Assembly: GCA_040767805.1 (NCBI GenBank) | Contig: JAXGNU010000002.1 | Coordinates: forward strand, 64,001-128,000 | Source of the DNA: Thermovirgaceae bacterium | GTDB taxonomy: Bacteria; Synergistota; Synergistia; Synergistales; Thermovirgaceae | Length of the DNA: 64,000 nucleotides | Direction of reading: 5' to 3' | Shown: piece by piece, positions 37,633 through 47,851 of the stretch | Position numbering within the stretch: position 1 is the stretch's first letter | How the letters are laid out: the number at the start of each line of letters is the position of its first letter | The notes under the pieces: model-generated | Database searches by the model: none | What the model was told of the DNA's origin: nothing | What the model saw: only the letters and a program-made list of their open reading frames with translations | Program-made: the position numbers and the translations under genes

Positions 37633-38478
37633 TCATTTTGTTCCAGTACCATTGGGCGTTCCGCGGTAGGGCATGGGCACATACTGGACCGACGGGCGGC
37701 GCTGGCCCGACTGGGGGTAAAGCCTCATCACCTGGCATATCTCCTCGGGTATGTCCGTGGAAACGAACAGCCCCAGTTCAGCCGCTTCCTCGCTGCTTAT
37801 GGGGTAATCATGGGTCCAGCGCCCCTCGGTGAGCATCGCCGCCAGTCTTTCGGCCTCTTCCTGGGCCACGTTGTCCACGAGAAGGTTTACCACGAACTGC
37901 CGGGTCTGTTCAATAGCCTTCCGGGATATATCGGCCAGGATCAGCGTCTCGTCGTCGATCTCGGCGATGGGTTTCTCGGCGACGGTCTTCAGGATCGAGA
38001 CGGCCGGGTACTGCCCTATCTGCGGGTCCACCGGGCCAAGGACGGCATGTCGGTCCATCACTATCTCATCGGCGGCCAGGGCGATCAGCGTGCCGCCGGA
38101 CATGGCATAGTGGGGGACGAAGACCGTCACCTTCGCCTCGTGCTTGTTCAGCGCCGCTGCTATCTGGGAGGCGGCCAGCAGCAGGCCCCCCGGGGTGTGG
38201 ACGATCAGGTCGATGGGGTTATCCGAGGAAGTCATGCGGATAGCCCTCAGGATCTCTTCGGAGTCCTCGATATTTATGTAGTTCCTGGCGAAAAGGCCCA
38301 TGAAACCGACGGTCTCCTGGCGGTGGATAAGGGTGATCACCCTGCTGCCCCGCTTCTTCTCGAGGCTCCTGATAGTGCCCACCCTCAAACGCTCGAGGTT
38401 CCACTGCTTTAACATGGGGAAGACGAAGAAGAACAGCATCAAGATCCAGAAAAGGTCCACTTTGAACACTCCCACCAC
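37633..38478 (-). CDS. ClpP-fold serine protease (SDH/DUF114 family)
   Basis: IHRQE, LIVHTPGG, VPHYAMSGGTLIALAADEI, LGPVDPQ and WTHDYPI motifs; start could be GTG at 38469. Confidence 0.9.
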   Translation of the reverse strand: MVGVFKVDLFWILMLFFFVFPMLKQWNLERLRVGTIRSLEKKRGSRVITLIHRQETVGFMGLFARNYINIEDSEEILRAIRMTSSDNPIDLIVHTPGGLLLAASQIAAALNKHEAKVTVFVPHYAMSGGTLIALAADEIVMDRHAVLGPVDPQIGQYPAVSILKTVAEKPIAEIDDETLILADISRKAIEQTRQFVVNLLVDNVAQEEAERLAAMLTEGRWTHDYPISSEEAAELGLFVSTDIPEEICQVMRLYPQSGQRRPSVQYVPMPYRGTPNGTGTK

Positions 38479-38492
38479 TCCTCTCGTTTATC

Positions 38493-38525
38493 AAAAAACG
38501 GGATCCCTCCCCGGAAGGGATCCCT
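38493..38525 (-). terminator. Terminator after clpC
   Basis: GGGATCCCT-loop-AGGGATCCC followed by TTTTTT on the minus strand. Confidence 0.7.
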
Positions 38526-38547
38526 CTTAACGGTTAAACCGACACGA

Positions 38548-41073
38548 TCAGACCCCGGCCGTTCTCTCCGCTTCCCTCCCCCCGGGCGCGCCGCTACCGT
38601 CGCCGGTCAGGTTTGACTCCGGGAGGAGAACCAGTTCACCGTCCCTCACGGAGACCAGGACCCGGCTCTCCTGGCCGACACGGCCTTCAAGCACCAGGTC
38701 GGCCAGCCGGTCCTCGATGAAGCGCTGGACGGCCCTTCTCAAGGGCCTGGCTCCGTACTTCGGGTCGTAGCCCCGCTCAAGCAGGAGCGCCCTGGCCTCG
38801 TCGGGCACTTCGATGTGGATGCCCCTTTCGGCGAGCCTGTCACCGACTTCCCGGATCATCAGGTCCAGGACCTTGAGCAGTTCTTCCCTTCCAAGGGGTT
38901 CAAAGACGATCATTTCATCTACTCGGTTGAGGAATTCAGGCCTGAAGGTCTTCTTCACAGACTCGACGATCCCGGCACGGACCCTGTCCCAGTCGGGCGT
39001 CTCGCCCTGCCCGGGGGCCGCGAAACCGAGGCTTTGCCCCTTCATGGCATCCCTGGCCCCGATATTGCTGGTCATGATGACCACGCTGTTCCGGAAGTCG
39101 ACGGTGTGTCCCTGGCCGTCGGTAAGGCGCCCGTCCTCCAGTATCTGGAGGAGGATGTTGAAGATGTCAGGGTGGGCCTTCTCGATCTCGTCGAAGAGCA
39201 CCACCGAGTAGGGCCTCCTCCGAAGAGCCTCGGTGAGCTTGCCCCCCTCCTCGTAGCCCACGTAGCCGGGCGGGGCGCCGATAAGTTTGGCCACTTCATG
39301 GCGTTCCATGTACTCACTCATATCGAACCTTACCATGGCCTCCTCGCTTCCGAAGAGGAACTCCGCGAGCGAACGGGCCAGCTCCGTCTTCCCAACCCCG
39401 GTGGGTCCCAGGAAAAGGAAGCTCCCGCCGGGCCTCTTCGGGTCCTTGAGACCGCTCCTGGACCTGCGGATGGCCCTGGACACGGCGTTGACGGCTTCGG
39501 CCTGGTCCACCATGCGGCGGTGGATCTCCTCTTCCATGCGCATGAGCCGCGCCGCTTCCTCCTCGGTGAGTTGCACGACGGGGATGCCGGTCCACTCCGA
39601 GACGATCTCGGCTATCTGCTCGGCGTCGACCACCGGCTCTTCCTGGTTCCGCGCCTTGTGCCACTCCCTGCGGCCGGCTTCGATCTCTTCTCCCAGCTTT
39701 CGTTCATCATCCCTAAGGGAGGCCGCCTTCTCGAATTCCTGGGACGCCACGGCCGCCTCCTTCTCCTTGCGGAGAGCCTCGAGCCGCCGTTCCATCTCCT
39801 TGACCGTTTCCGGGGCCTCCATCGTCTTGAGCCTCGCCCGGGCCGCCGCCTCGTCGATCAGGTCGATGGCCTTGTCGGGGAGGTGGCGTTCGGTAATATA
39901 ACGGGCCGAGAGCCTGGCGGCGGCCTCGAGGGCCCTATCGGTGATCTTCGCCCTGTGGTGGGCCTCGTAACGGTCCCTCAGCCCTTCGAGGATCCTTATC
40001 GAGTCATCCACGCCGGGTTCTTCCACCATGACCGGCTGGAACCGTCTTTCAAGGGCGGCGTCCTTCTCGATATTCTTCCGGTATTCGTCGATCGTGGTGG
40101 CGCCTATTACCTGGAATTCGCCCCTAGAAAGGCTGGGTTTGAGGATGTTGGCGGCGTCGACGGCGCCTTCCGCACCCCCGGCACCGACGATGGTGTGGAC
40201 CTCGTCGATGAAGAGGATCACGTCCCTGCAATCCCGGAGCTCCTTGACGAGCTTGCGCATCCTCTCCTCGAACTCGCCCCGGTACTTGGTGCCGGCGACG
40301 AGGTTACCCATGTTGAGCTGCACCACCCTTTTCCCCTTCAAAACCTCGGGGATGTCGCCGGCGATTATCTTCTGGGCCAGGCCCTCCACGATCGCCGTTT
40401 TGCCGACGCCGGGGTCTCCTATCAGCACCGGGTTGTTCTTGGTCCGCCGCGAGAGGATCTGGATGAGCCTCTGGATCTCCTTGGCCCTGCCGATTACGGG
40501 GTCTAGTTCGTTGCGCTGGGCCATCTCCGTCAGCGCTATTCCCAACTGGTCCAGTGTCGGCGTCTTTGAGCGTCCCGATGGCTTCTGGGGGCCCTCTTCC
40601 TCGGCATCGGCGGCGGACTCGGCGGGAGACCCCTCCCCAGCCGAAACGGCAGCTATGACCTCACCCCTGATCTTCTCGACGTCCAGGCCCGCGGCGACGA
40701 GGACCTGGGCAGCCACGCCCTCACCCTCGGAGATGAGCCCTAAAAGGATATGCTCGGTCCCGACGTAATTTACGGACATCTCCTTGGCCTCGCGCATGGC
40801 CAGGTCGAGGACCTTTTTCGCCCTGGGGCTCAAGGGCAGGTCCATGGGTTTGCTCTTCTGGTCGCCCCTCCCGACGAACTGCTCCACGGCCTCCCGCAGC
40901 CCTTCAAGGGTTATGCCCGAGGCCTGGAGGATCCGGGCTGCCACGCCGTCCCCCTCCGCGACGAGCCCCATGAGGATGTGTTCCGTCCCGATCAGGTCAT
41001 GCCCCATTCTTAGGGCTTCCCGATGGGCCAGTTGTATCACTTTCTTGCTTCTTTCAGTGAAGTATTGCCACAT
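38548..41073 (-). CDS. clpC: ATP-dependent Clp protease ATPase subunit ClpC
   Basis: Clp-N repeats, two AAA modules (GDPGVGKT, GPTGVGKT), UVR domain, GYVG pore loop. Confidence 0.97.
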   Translation of the reverse strand: MWQYFTERSKKVIQLAHREALRMGHDLIGTEHILMGLVAEGDGVAARILQASGITLEGLREAVEQFVGRGDQKSKPMDLPLSPRAKKVLDLAMREAKEMSVNYVGTEHILLGLISEGEGVAAQVLVAAGLDVEKIRGEVIAAVSAGEGSPAESAADAEEEGPQKPSGRSKTPTLDQLGIALTEMAQRNELDPVIGRAKEIQRLIQILSRRTKNNPVLIGDPGVGKTAIVEGLAQKIIAGDIPEVLKGKRVVQLNMGNLVAGTKYRGEFEERMRKLVKELRDCRDVILFIDEVHTIVGAGGAEGAVDAANILKPSLSRGEFQVIGATTIDEYRKNIEKDAALERRFQPVMVEEPGVDDSIRILEGLRDRYEAHHRAKITDRALEAAARLSARYITERHLPDKAIDLIDEAAARARLKTMEAPETVKEMERRLEALRKEKEAAVASQEFEKAASLRDDERKLGEEIEAGRREWHKARNQEEPVVDAEQIAEIVSEWTGIPVVQLTEEEAARLMRMEEEIHRRMVDQAEAVNAVSRAIRRSRSGLKDPKRPGGSFLFLGPTGVGKTELARSLAEFLFGSEEAMVRFDMSEYMERHEVAKLIGAPPGYVGYEEGGKLTEALRRRPYSVVLFDEIEKAHPDIFNILLQILEDGRLTDGQGHTVDFRNSVVIMTSNIGARDAMKGQSLGFAAPGQGETPDWDRVRAGIVESVKKTFRPEFLNRVDEMIVFEPLGREELLKVLDLMIREVGDRLAERGIHIEVPDEARALLLERGYDPKYGARPLRRAVQRFIEDRLADLVLEGRVGQESRVLVSVRDGELVLLPESNLTGDGSGAPGGREAERTAGV

Positions 41074-41117
41074 CAACTGAACCTCCGTTTAAAGGAAGGG
41101 CGGAGTGGGCCCCTCGT

Positions 41118-42185
41118 TCAACTTCCCTTTTCCCCACTCGCGAGCGCCTTCCTGAGTATGGCCGAACGTTTCGCCGCCAGTTCCTCCGGGGATAGGTCCC
41201 CGGTCGATCTGGCCTGTATATGGGCCTTCTGGGTATCCAAGAGAAGGGCGTTCATCGTGCTTACCGCGACGGGAGGGAGGATACCCATACCCGACCCCAT
41301 CCGGACCAGGGAAAGCAGTTCAAGGGCTTCCCTGGCCTCCATTACCCTGGAAAACCCGAGCAGGCCCCAGGCCCTCCACACCTTGTCCTCGAGGTCCGTC
41401 CCCTTCCAGGACAGGATCTTGCCCCGGGCGGCCTGCTCCTGCCTCACCAGCCCCAGGGCCGTCCCGGAGACCTTTTCCACCAGTTCATCCTCGGTCTGCC
41501 CCAGGGTGACCTGGTTGGAGACCTGGTAAAGCGCCCCGGGCGAATCGCTCCCCTCCCCGAACATGCCTCTGACGGTCAGGCCGACCTTACCGCAACCGAA
41601 AGCCAACTTGCCCATCCTTCCGAGATGGGTAAGGGCGGGCAGGTGGATCATCACCGAGGCCCTCAGGCCCGTCCCAACATTCGTGGGGCAGGAGGTGAGG
41701 TAACCGCACCTGCTGTCAAAGGCATAGTCCAGCGCCTCGAGGGCTCCATCCACCTGCCTGGCGATCCTTGAGGCTTCATGGAGCCTCATCCCCCCGAGTA
41801 TGGCCTGGATCCTGACATGGTCCTCCTCGTTCACCATGATCGAGACGATCCCGCGGCTGTCCACGGCGGCGCCTCGACCGGGCCCCCCCTTCGCGAGGGC
41901 GGGGCTTATAAGATGCTTCTCGATGAGGACCCCCTTCGCCAGGGGTTCCAGGGCGTCGATCTCGAAAAACCTGAAGGTCCGCAGGAAGTCCTCCGAACGG
42001 ATGATCGAGCCGACCTTCTCGGCACAGTTCTCGAGTTCCTCCTTACCGGCCCTCCAAGGGAAGGCGTGCCCCTTCAGGTTCCTGGCTAGCCTTACTCGGC
42101 TTGAAAGGATGATATCCGAGTGCTCGCCTGTCCCATCGAGCCATTCGAGCGGACTGTCGGCTATCTCCCTAGCCTTCGCCTTCAT
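41118..42185 (-). CDS. mcsB: Protein-arginine kinase McsB
   Basis: SSRVRLARN, VNEEDH and GYLTSCPTNVGTGLRASVM.HLP motifs. Confidence 0.95.
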   Translation of the reverse strand: MKAKAREIADSPLEWLDGTGEHSDIILSSRVRLARNLKGHAFPWRAGKEELENCAEKVGSIIRSEDFLRTFRFFEIDALEPLAKGVLIEKHLISPALAKGGPGRGAAVDSRGIVSIMVNEEDHVRIQAILGGMRLHEASRIARQVDGALEALDYAFDSRCGYLTSCPTNVGTGLRASVMIHLPALTHLGRMGKLAFGCGKVGLTVRGMFGEGSDSPGALYQVSNQVTLGQTEDELVEKVSGTALGLVRQEQAARGKILSWKGTDLEDKVWRAWGLLGFSRVMEAREALELLSLVRMGSGMGILPPVAVSTMNALLLDTQKAHIQARSTGDLSPEELAAKRSAILRKALASGEKGS

Positions 42186-42705
42186 GGCACTCCTCGATCT
42201 CCCTTATCCTGTCCCTGATGACCGCGGCCCTTTCATATTCTTCCTTCTCGACGGCCTCCCGGAGTTCTATCCTCAGGGACCCCAGGTCACCCAGGGTGAC
42301 CTCGTCCCCACAGGCATTCCTGGGCCTTGTACCTCGGTGGATATCCGACCCGTGGATCTTCCTGAAGAGGGGACCGAGGTCGTCCCGGAAAACCTCGTAA
42401 CAGTCGGGACACCCGAACTTGCCGGTCTTCCTGAAGGAAGAATGGTCGAGACCGCAGTGGCTGCAGGCTCGTTGATCGGCGGGCGAAGAGTCCTTTTCGA
42501 GACCGTGGGTCGAAACGGCTTGCCAAGGAAAAAGCCCCCAGGGGAAACAGTCCAGGGGCATCTCCAGGGGGATGTCCGGCAGCAGGCCCTCCTTTGCCAT
42601 GTGCTCGGCGCACTGGCGGCAGAGGTGGAAGTCGACTTTCTCCTTACCCTTCTGGTGCCTGATGTGAACTTCCGCTTCCCTTAACCCGCACCTTTCGCAT
42701 TTCAT
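42169..42705 (-). CDS. mcsA: McsA (Zn-finger/UVR activator)
   Basis: CxxC pairs, GKFGCPDCY, HG...H.G and EEYERAA..RD motifs. Confidence 0.93.
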   Translation of the reverse strand: MKCERCGLREAEVHIRHQKGKEKVDFHLCRQCAEHMAKEGLLPDIPLEMPLDCFPWGLFPWQAVSTHGLEKDSSPADQRACSHCGLDHSSFRKTGKFGCPDCYEVFRDDLGPLFRKIHGSDIHRGTRPRNACGDEVTLGDLGSLRIELREAVEKEEYERAAVIRDRIREIEECHEGEG

Positions 42706-42716
42706 GGCCTCACGAC

Positions 42717-43196
42717 CTAACCGAGAGCCAGGCTGCGCAGAAGTCGCTTGAGAAGCTCCGCGTGGAGCGATTCCCTCTTGTAGGAGGACAGGTCGAGGAG
42801 GTCCCTCCCTATCTCCTCCTGGAACCTCGTCGCCACCTCGACCAGGAGCCTCTCCCTGGCCGTTATGAGCTCCCTGTGCTGCAGGTTGGCGAGGATCCTC
42901 CTGATATCCTGTTCGTTCACCCCGTCCCCCACCAGTTCCTCGATATGGTTAGCCCTTTCCTCGGGCATATCGAGGCAGAGTCTTATGACCCTGATGTACC
43001 CATGGCCTCCCCGCTGGCTCTCCACGATGTAGCCCCGTTCGGGGGTGAACCGGCTCCGTATCACGTAATTTATCTGGCTCGGGACACAGCCGAAACGTTC
43101 AGCGAGGTCCTTGCGGCTGAGGAAGACCGACTCCTCGCTGCCCCGTTCCAGCAGTTCCACGATATGTCTTTCTATTATCCTCGTCAGGCTTGCCAA
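42717..43196 (-). CDS. ctsR: Heat-shock repressor CtsR
   Basis: F.CVPSQINYV..RF...GY.VES.RGG.GYIR motif. Confidence 0.95.
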   Translation of the reverse strand: MASLTRIIERHIVELLERGSEESVFLSRKDLAERFGCVPSQINYVIRSRFTPERGYIVESQRGGHGYIRVIRLCLDMPEERANHIEELVGDGVNEQDIRRILANLQHRELITARERLLVEVATRFQEEIGRDLLDLSSYKRESLHAELLKRLLRSLALG

Positions 43197-43208
43197 GGCG
43201 TTTCCTCC

Positions 43209-43260
43209 TTTGACCTTCTTTGACTAGTCAAATTATAAGGTTAAGGTCAATATTCGTCAA
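43209..43260 (-). promoter_or_regulatory. ctsR promoter with CtsR heptad boxes
   Basis: TTGACG-17 nt-TATAAT; direct heptads AGTCAAA-GAA-GGTCAAA (43225-43209) plus inverted heptads. Confidence 0.9.
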
Positions 43261-43285
43261 TAATAAGGGCGACCTTTGGGGGGTG

Positions 43286-43876
43286 TCACGACCCTATGGG
43301 TTCTTCTTCCCTTTTCATCAGCCTGATGATGTTGGAATGGTGGCGGGCCACGGCCAGCACTGCCATGGCCGCCGAGGTCCAGGTGTAAGCCGGGGGACCC
43401 TTGAAGAGGACAAACCAAACCGGGACCGTCGCGAGGGAGATCATGGAACCGACGGAGACGTACTTCGATAGTTTCATGACCAGGTACCAGGCCATTCCCC
43501 CTATCAAGGCAGGGACGGGATTCCAGAAGAAGATCACGCCGAAGGACGTGGCGACCCCCTTGCCGCCCCTGAAATTCAGCCAGAGGGGGAAGTTATGCCC
43601 CAAAACACCGGCGAAACCGGCCAGGGCCAGCACCCAGGGCTCCTCTACGCCGAAGAGGCGGGCGGCGAGGACGACAAGACCCCCTTTCGCCATGTCGAAG
43701 AGAGCCACGGCGACGCCCCACTTCCTGCCGGCGAGACGGGCCACGTTGGTGGCCCCTATGTTCCCTGATCCGAGGGTCCTTATATCCTTTCCCAGGAGAG
43801 CCCTGACGGCGAGATACCCCGACGGTATGGACCCAAAAAGGTACCCGGCGACTACCCACGCGGCGGCCGTCATCAT
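43286..43876 (-). CDS. plsY: Glycerol-3-phosphate acyltransferase PlsY
   Basis: YLFGSIP, DIR..GSGN.GATN, GHNFP..L.F.GGKGVAT and RH..NI.RL motifs. Confidence 0.95.
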   Translation of the reverse strand: MMTAAAWVVAGYLFGSIPSGYLAVRALLGKDIRTLGSGNIGATNVARLAGRKWGVAVALFDMAKGGLVVLAARLFGVEEPWVLALAGFAGVLGHNFPLWLNFRGGKGVATSFGVIFFWNPVPALIGGMAWYLVMKLSKYVSVGSMISLATVPVWFVLFKGPPAYTWTSAAMAVLAVARHHSNIIRLMKREEEPIGS

Positions 43877-45996
43877 CGGGGACCCCTGACAGCGGCCGCG
43901 TCCACCGCGACGGCGCCGCCGCCCTCATCCAGCACGAAGACGGGGTTGATGTCCAGCTCCGCCAAGGACTCCTCGGCGAGGGCCATCAGCGAAACCCGGG
44001 AGACCATTCCCGCCAAGGCGTCGGTGTCCTTGGGGGTGCTTCCCCTGGCGCCGGAAAGCAGGGGGAAGCCCCTTAGGGAGGCTATCATCCTTCGGGCCTC
44101 CTCGACGTCCACGGGGGCGTGCCTCAAGGAGAGGTCCTTGAGAATCTCCACGTAGATGCCGCCGAGGCCCACGGCGACGAAGGGCCCGAAGACGGGATCC
44201 CTTTTCACGCCTATCATGCACTCCACGCCGCCGGTAACCATCTCCTGCACCAGCATTCCCCGGACCCTGGCCCCGGGCATGGCCTCAAGGGATCTCTCGA
44301 GAAGCCGGCCGAAGGCGTTCCTGAGTTCCTCCTCATCCTTGAGCTTCAGCGCCACCGCCCCGGCCTCGGTCTTATGGAATATGTCGGGCGACACTACCTT
44401 TAGAGCCACCGGGTAGCCGATCTCCGAAGCGGCCGACAGGGCGTCCTCCAGGGAAGAGCAGAGGATCTCCCTGGTCACCGGCACCCCCCACCGGGCCAGG
44501 AGCCTCTTGGCGTCGTACTCGGTCAGGTCCTCGGGCAAACGGGGTAAAAAGGGCTCTCCCGGGTCCGAGGGGGCCCTCGCCGGGAGGGCCGGCCTCGTCA
44601 CCCATTCCGAAAGCCTGGCCAGGGCCCAGGCGCAGCGCCTGGGGCTTGCGAAGAGGGGGACTTTCTCCGACCTGAGTTCCTCCAGGAAGGGGCCGCCCTG
44701 TTCATCGTTGATCAGCCAGCAGCAGGCCATGGGTTTGGAGGCTTTCCTCGAGACTTCGATGATATCGCGGGTGACGGACCAGCCGGAATCACCGGTGATC
44801 ATGGAGACCACGACGGAGGCCATATCTATCTCCGGGCAATCCAGGACCGTTTCGAGGGATGACTTGAAGCTCCCGGGGTCATTTATCACCTGGGCCGTGA
44901 GGTCCACCGGGTTCCTGGTAGAACCGAAGGGGGGGACGAACCGCTCCAGGGTCTCCCTGGTCCTCCGGGGCAGCGGTTCTACCCGCAGCCCAAGGTCGTA
45001 GGCCCTGTCGGCCATGATTATCCCCGCGCCGCCCGACGTGGTGATTACGCCTACCCTCTTTCCGCGGGGGGTTTTCGCGGGGCCGAAGATCTTCCCGAGG
45101 TCGGTGATGTCATCGGAGTCCTCTATTTCCAGCACACCGTACTGCCGGAAAATGGTCCTCCAGGCCTCGTCCTCGCCGGTAAGGGCCGCGGTGTGGCTCT
45201 TGACCGCCTCCTGCCCCGTGGGGCTTTTACCCACCTTCAGGACCGCCACGGGGACGTCCCGTTCGGCCGCGAACCTCAACAGCTCGATGAAACGGTCGCC
45301 CCTTGACAACCCCTCCATGTAGAGCACCAGGAGGCGCACCTGGGGGTCGGCCGCAAAGGCCATCCCGAAATCCACCAGGTCCAGGTCGGCCTGGTTCCCG
45401 GTGGTGACCACGTACCTGAAACCCACACCGCTGTCGGCGGCCATGGCGAAGGAAGCGAAGCCGAAGGCGCCGCTCTGGGAAACGTAAGCCACGCCGCCCA
45501 GGGGCCGCCTGTCGCTGTCCAGGGAGGCGGAAAAGCTCAAGGGGACCGAATCGGCGAAATTGACAAGACCCTGGCAGTTGGGGCCCAGGATCCTCATCCC
45601 CCCGGCCCTGGCTTCCTGGAGGATCTCGTCCTGCGCCGCGGGATCGGTGCTTTCGGCGAAACCGGAGGAAAAGATGATGGAAAAGGGGACCCCCCGCTCT
45701 GAGCACTGTTCCACGACTCCAGGCACCAGTTGGGCCCTCACGCCCACCAGGACCACGTCCGGTGTAAGGGGGAGGGAATGAATATCGGGGTAGCACTCGA
45801 GGCCGGCCAGTCTCTCATAATTGGGGTTGACGGGAAAGATATGACCCTTGAAACCGAAGCGTTTGAGCAGTTTTATCGGGCGGCCGGATATGCTCTCCAG
45901 GTTCCCGGAGGCTCCCACCACCGCCACCGACCGCGGCGACAAAAGGGTCGACAGGTCCTCGGCGCTGCCTCGGGGCCGGACCATGGCCTCAGGCAC
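43873..45996 (-). CDS. ADP-forming acyl-CoA synthetase (fused alpha-beta)
   Basis: [28 protein letters not shown] and HKTEAG motifs; C-terminal ATP-grasp. Confidence 0.9.
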   Translation of the reverse strand: MPEAMVRPRGSAEDLSTLLSPRSVAVVGASGNLESISGRPIKLLKRFGFKGHIFPVNPNYERLAGLECYPDIHSLPLTPDVVLVGVRAQLVPGVVEQCSERGVPFSIIFSSGFAESTDPAAQDEILQEARAGGMRILGPNCQGLVNFADSVPLSFSASLDSDRRPLGGVAYVSQSGAFGFASFAMAADSGVGFRYVVTTGNQADLDLVDFGMAFAADPQVRLLVLYMEGLSRGDRFIELLRFAAERDVPVAVLKVGKSPTGQEAVKSHTAALTGEDEAWRTIFRQYGVLEIEDSDDITDLGKIFGPAKTPRGKRVGVITTSGGAGIIMADRAYDLGLRVEPLPRRTRETLERFVPPFGSTRNPVDLTAQVINDPGSFKSSLETVLDCPEIDMASVVVSMITGDSGWSVTRDIIEVSRKASKPMACCWLINDEQGGPFLEELRSEKVPLFASPRRCAWALARLSEWVTRPALPARAPSDPGEPFLPRLPEDLTEYDAKRLLARWGVPVTREILCSSLEDALSAASEIGYPVALKVVSPDIFHKTEAGAVALKLKDEEELRNAFGRLLERSLEAMPGARVRGMLVQEMVTGGVECMIGVKRDPVFGPFVAVGLGGIYVEILKDLSLRHAPVDVEEARRMIASLRGFPLLSGARGSTPKDTDALAGMVSRVSLMALAEESLAELDINPVFVLDEGGGAVAVDAAAVRGPR

Positions 45997-46765
45997 CTTC
46001 TCCCGAAATGGTCATCACCAGGGGGGCGCCGAGGCCGTCAATGGCGACCTCGACGCTGTCGCCGGGGAATAACTCCCCCACCCCTTCGGGGGTGCCCGTC
46101 AGCACCACGTCCCCGGCTTCCAGGGTCATGAAGTCTGCTATGTACTGCAGGATCACAGGAACGGGGAAGATCATGTCCCTCGTCCGCCCTTCCTGCCTCA
46201 GGGCGCCGTTGACGAAAGTCCTGACCACCGTGTCCCCCGGGTCGATACCGGTCTCCACCCATGGGCCCAGGGGGCAGAAGGCGTCGGCCGATTTTCCCCG
46301 GATCCACTGGAGGTCCCGCATCTGGCAGTCGCGGGCGGTCAGGTCGATCCCGGCGGTAATGCCCAGCACATGGTCCATGGGGCGTTCAGTCCCGGGAAGG
46401 ATTCTTTCGCCTATCACCACCGCGAGTTCCCCCTCGAAGTGCAGCTCATTGGTGAAGTGAGGGTAAGGGATTTCAGAAAAGGGCGCCGCCAGGGTATTCG
46501 GGCTTTTGAGGAAAAGACCGGGCTCCTTCGGGAGGGGGAGGCTGTCGTTGCCCATCTCCCTAATGTGGCCGTGGTAATTTCGCCCCACGCAGACGATCTT
46601 GGTCGGCGCGGCCGGCGCGAGGAGCCTCACCAGCGCGACGGGGAAGGACTCACCGGTCCGGTCACCGCCGGGGGTGCCCGTGACATGGACCCTGTCGCCT
46701 TCGATCACGCCCCAAAGGGGGCCGTTCCTTTCATCCACGGAAAAACGGCCTATCTTCACTGTCAC
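45989..46765 (-). CDS. Fumarylacetoacetate hydrolase family protein
   Basis: [29 protein letters not shown] and GDV.LTGTP.G motifs. Confidence 0.92.
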   Translation of the reverse strand: MTVKIGRFSVDERNGPLWGVIEGDRVHVTGTPGGDRTGESFPVALVRLLAPAAPTKIVCVGRNYHGHIREMGNDSLPLPKEPGLFLKSPNTLAAPFSEIPYPHFTNELHFEGELAVVIGERILPGTERPMDHVLGITAGIDLTARDCQMRDLQWIRGKSADAFCPLGPWVETGIDPGDTVVRTFVNGALRQEGRTRDMIFPVPVILQYIADFMTLEAGDVVLTGTPEGVGELFPGDSVEVAIDGLGAPLVMTISGEGA

Positions 46766-46850
46766 CGATACCGCCTCTCATCAAGGGGGGCCAAAAACTG
46801 CGGCCGGCCTCCCGAGGGTCCGCTCCGGCATTCCCCTGGGGCTGGCTTTT

Positions 46851-47489
46851 TTAGGGCTCAATAATCACGACCGTTCCGGGCACGGCCTTCCCCACTATCT
46901 CGAGCAGGGCCTTGTTGTCCATCCTGATACACCCCTCGGTGGTCATGGTGCCCAACGAGGAGGGATCATGGGTGCCATGAATGCCGATACCCTTCCACCG
47001 ACCCGTATCGAGCCGGATGAAGAAGGGACCGTAGGCCCCCTCCACGGGGCCCTTCCCGTCGCCGAAATCATGGACCCAGGCCCGTGAATCATGGATGCTC
47101 TCGACCCGGAAGACTCCCTCCGGCGTTCTCCTGTCACCCACCCTCTCCTTGTCGCCGGGATTCTCCCCCACCGCGACCGGGTAAAGGGCCGTCATTACGG
47201 CGCCGTCCCAGGACGATAGGTCAAAACGGCCCTTACGAATGTACAGCCAGAATCGGCCTTCCAGGTTGTTGGCGGCGACTAGGGCCGCCGCCTCCCCGGG
47301 ATCGGGAAAGCCTTCCTGCGAAACCTGGCCCGAGGAGGCCTCCCCGGGTCCTCCCGGTTCCTGGGCGGCTTCGAAGGCGACGGGCCTCCTCTCCAGCACC
47401 AGGTACCCACCTGCCGCCAGGACGAGGATCACCAGCGCCCCGGAGAGCGCCTTGGGAAAGAACCTCGGCCTTCGCCTGGCGGAGAACAT
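46851..47489 (-). CDS. L,D-transpeptidase (YkuD) family protein
   Basis: TM anchor; YPVAVG, GDRRTPEG and GIHGT......G...TEGCIR motifs. Confidence 0.9.
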   Translation of the reverse strand: MFSARRRPRFFPKALSGALVILVLAAGGYLVLERRPVAFEAAQEPGGPGEASSGQVSQEGFPDPGEAAALVAANNLEGRFWLYIRKGRFDLSSWDGAVMTALYPVAVGENPGDKERVGDRRTPEGVFRVESIHDSRAWVHDFGDGKGPVEGAYGPFFIRLDTGRWKGIGIHGTHDPSSLGTMTTEGCIRMDNKALLEIVGKAVPGTVVIIEP

Positions 47490-47523
47490 GTAATGACCAG
47501 CCCCTTTTTTCAGACCCGCCCTT

Positions 47524-47844
47524 TCAGCGTTGATTACTGATATGTTCCTGGACGAACTGGACGAGGTCGACGATGTGGTTCCCGATTATCGGGAGGTTCA
47601 GAGCCACCAGCGATTTCAGGAGGACCACCAGGAAGTAGATCACTATCGCCGCAAGCACCGTCAGGCCCACGCCGAAACCGAGCCCCTTGGCGAGGCCGGC
47701 CAGGAAATTGTGCCAGAGCAGTTTTCGCTTGTCCAGCAGCATCTCCAGGTTGGCCATGACCCTGGTCCTTTCGATCACTTCCGCAAGGCGCTCCGATACC
47801 TGTTTTTTCTCGACTGTGTTGTTGTCCTCTCTTCCTTCCGCCAT
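47524..47844 (-). CDS. DUF5665-like membrane protein
   Basis: NFLAGLAKG.GF.VG.T.L and LPIIG..I motifs. Confidence 0.7.
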   Translation of the reverse strand: MAEGREDNNTVEKKQVSERLAEVIERTRVMANLEMLLDKRKLLWHNFLAGLAKGLGFGVGLTVLAAIVIYFLVVLLKSLVALNLPIIGNHIVDLVQFVQEHISNQR

Positions 47845-47851
47845 GGCGTCC

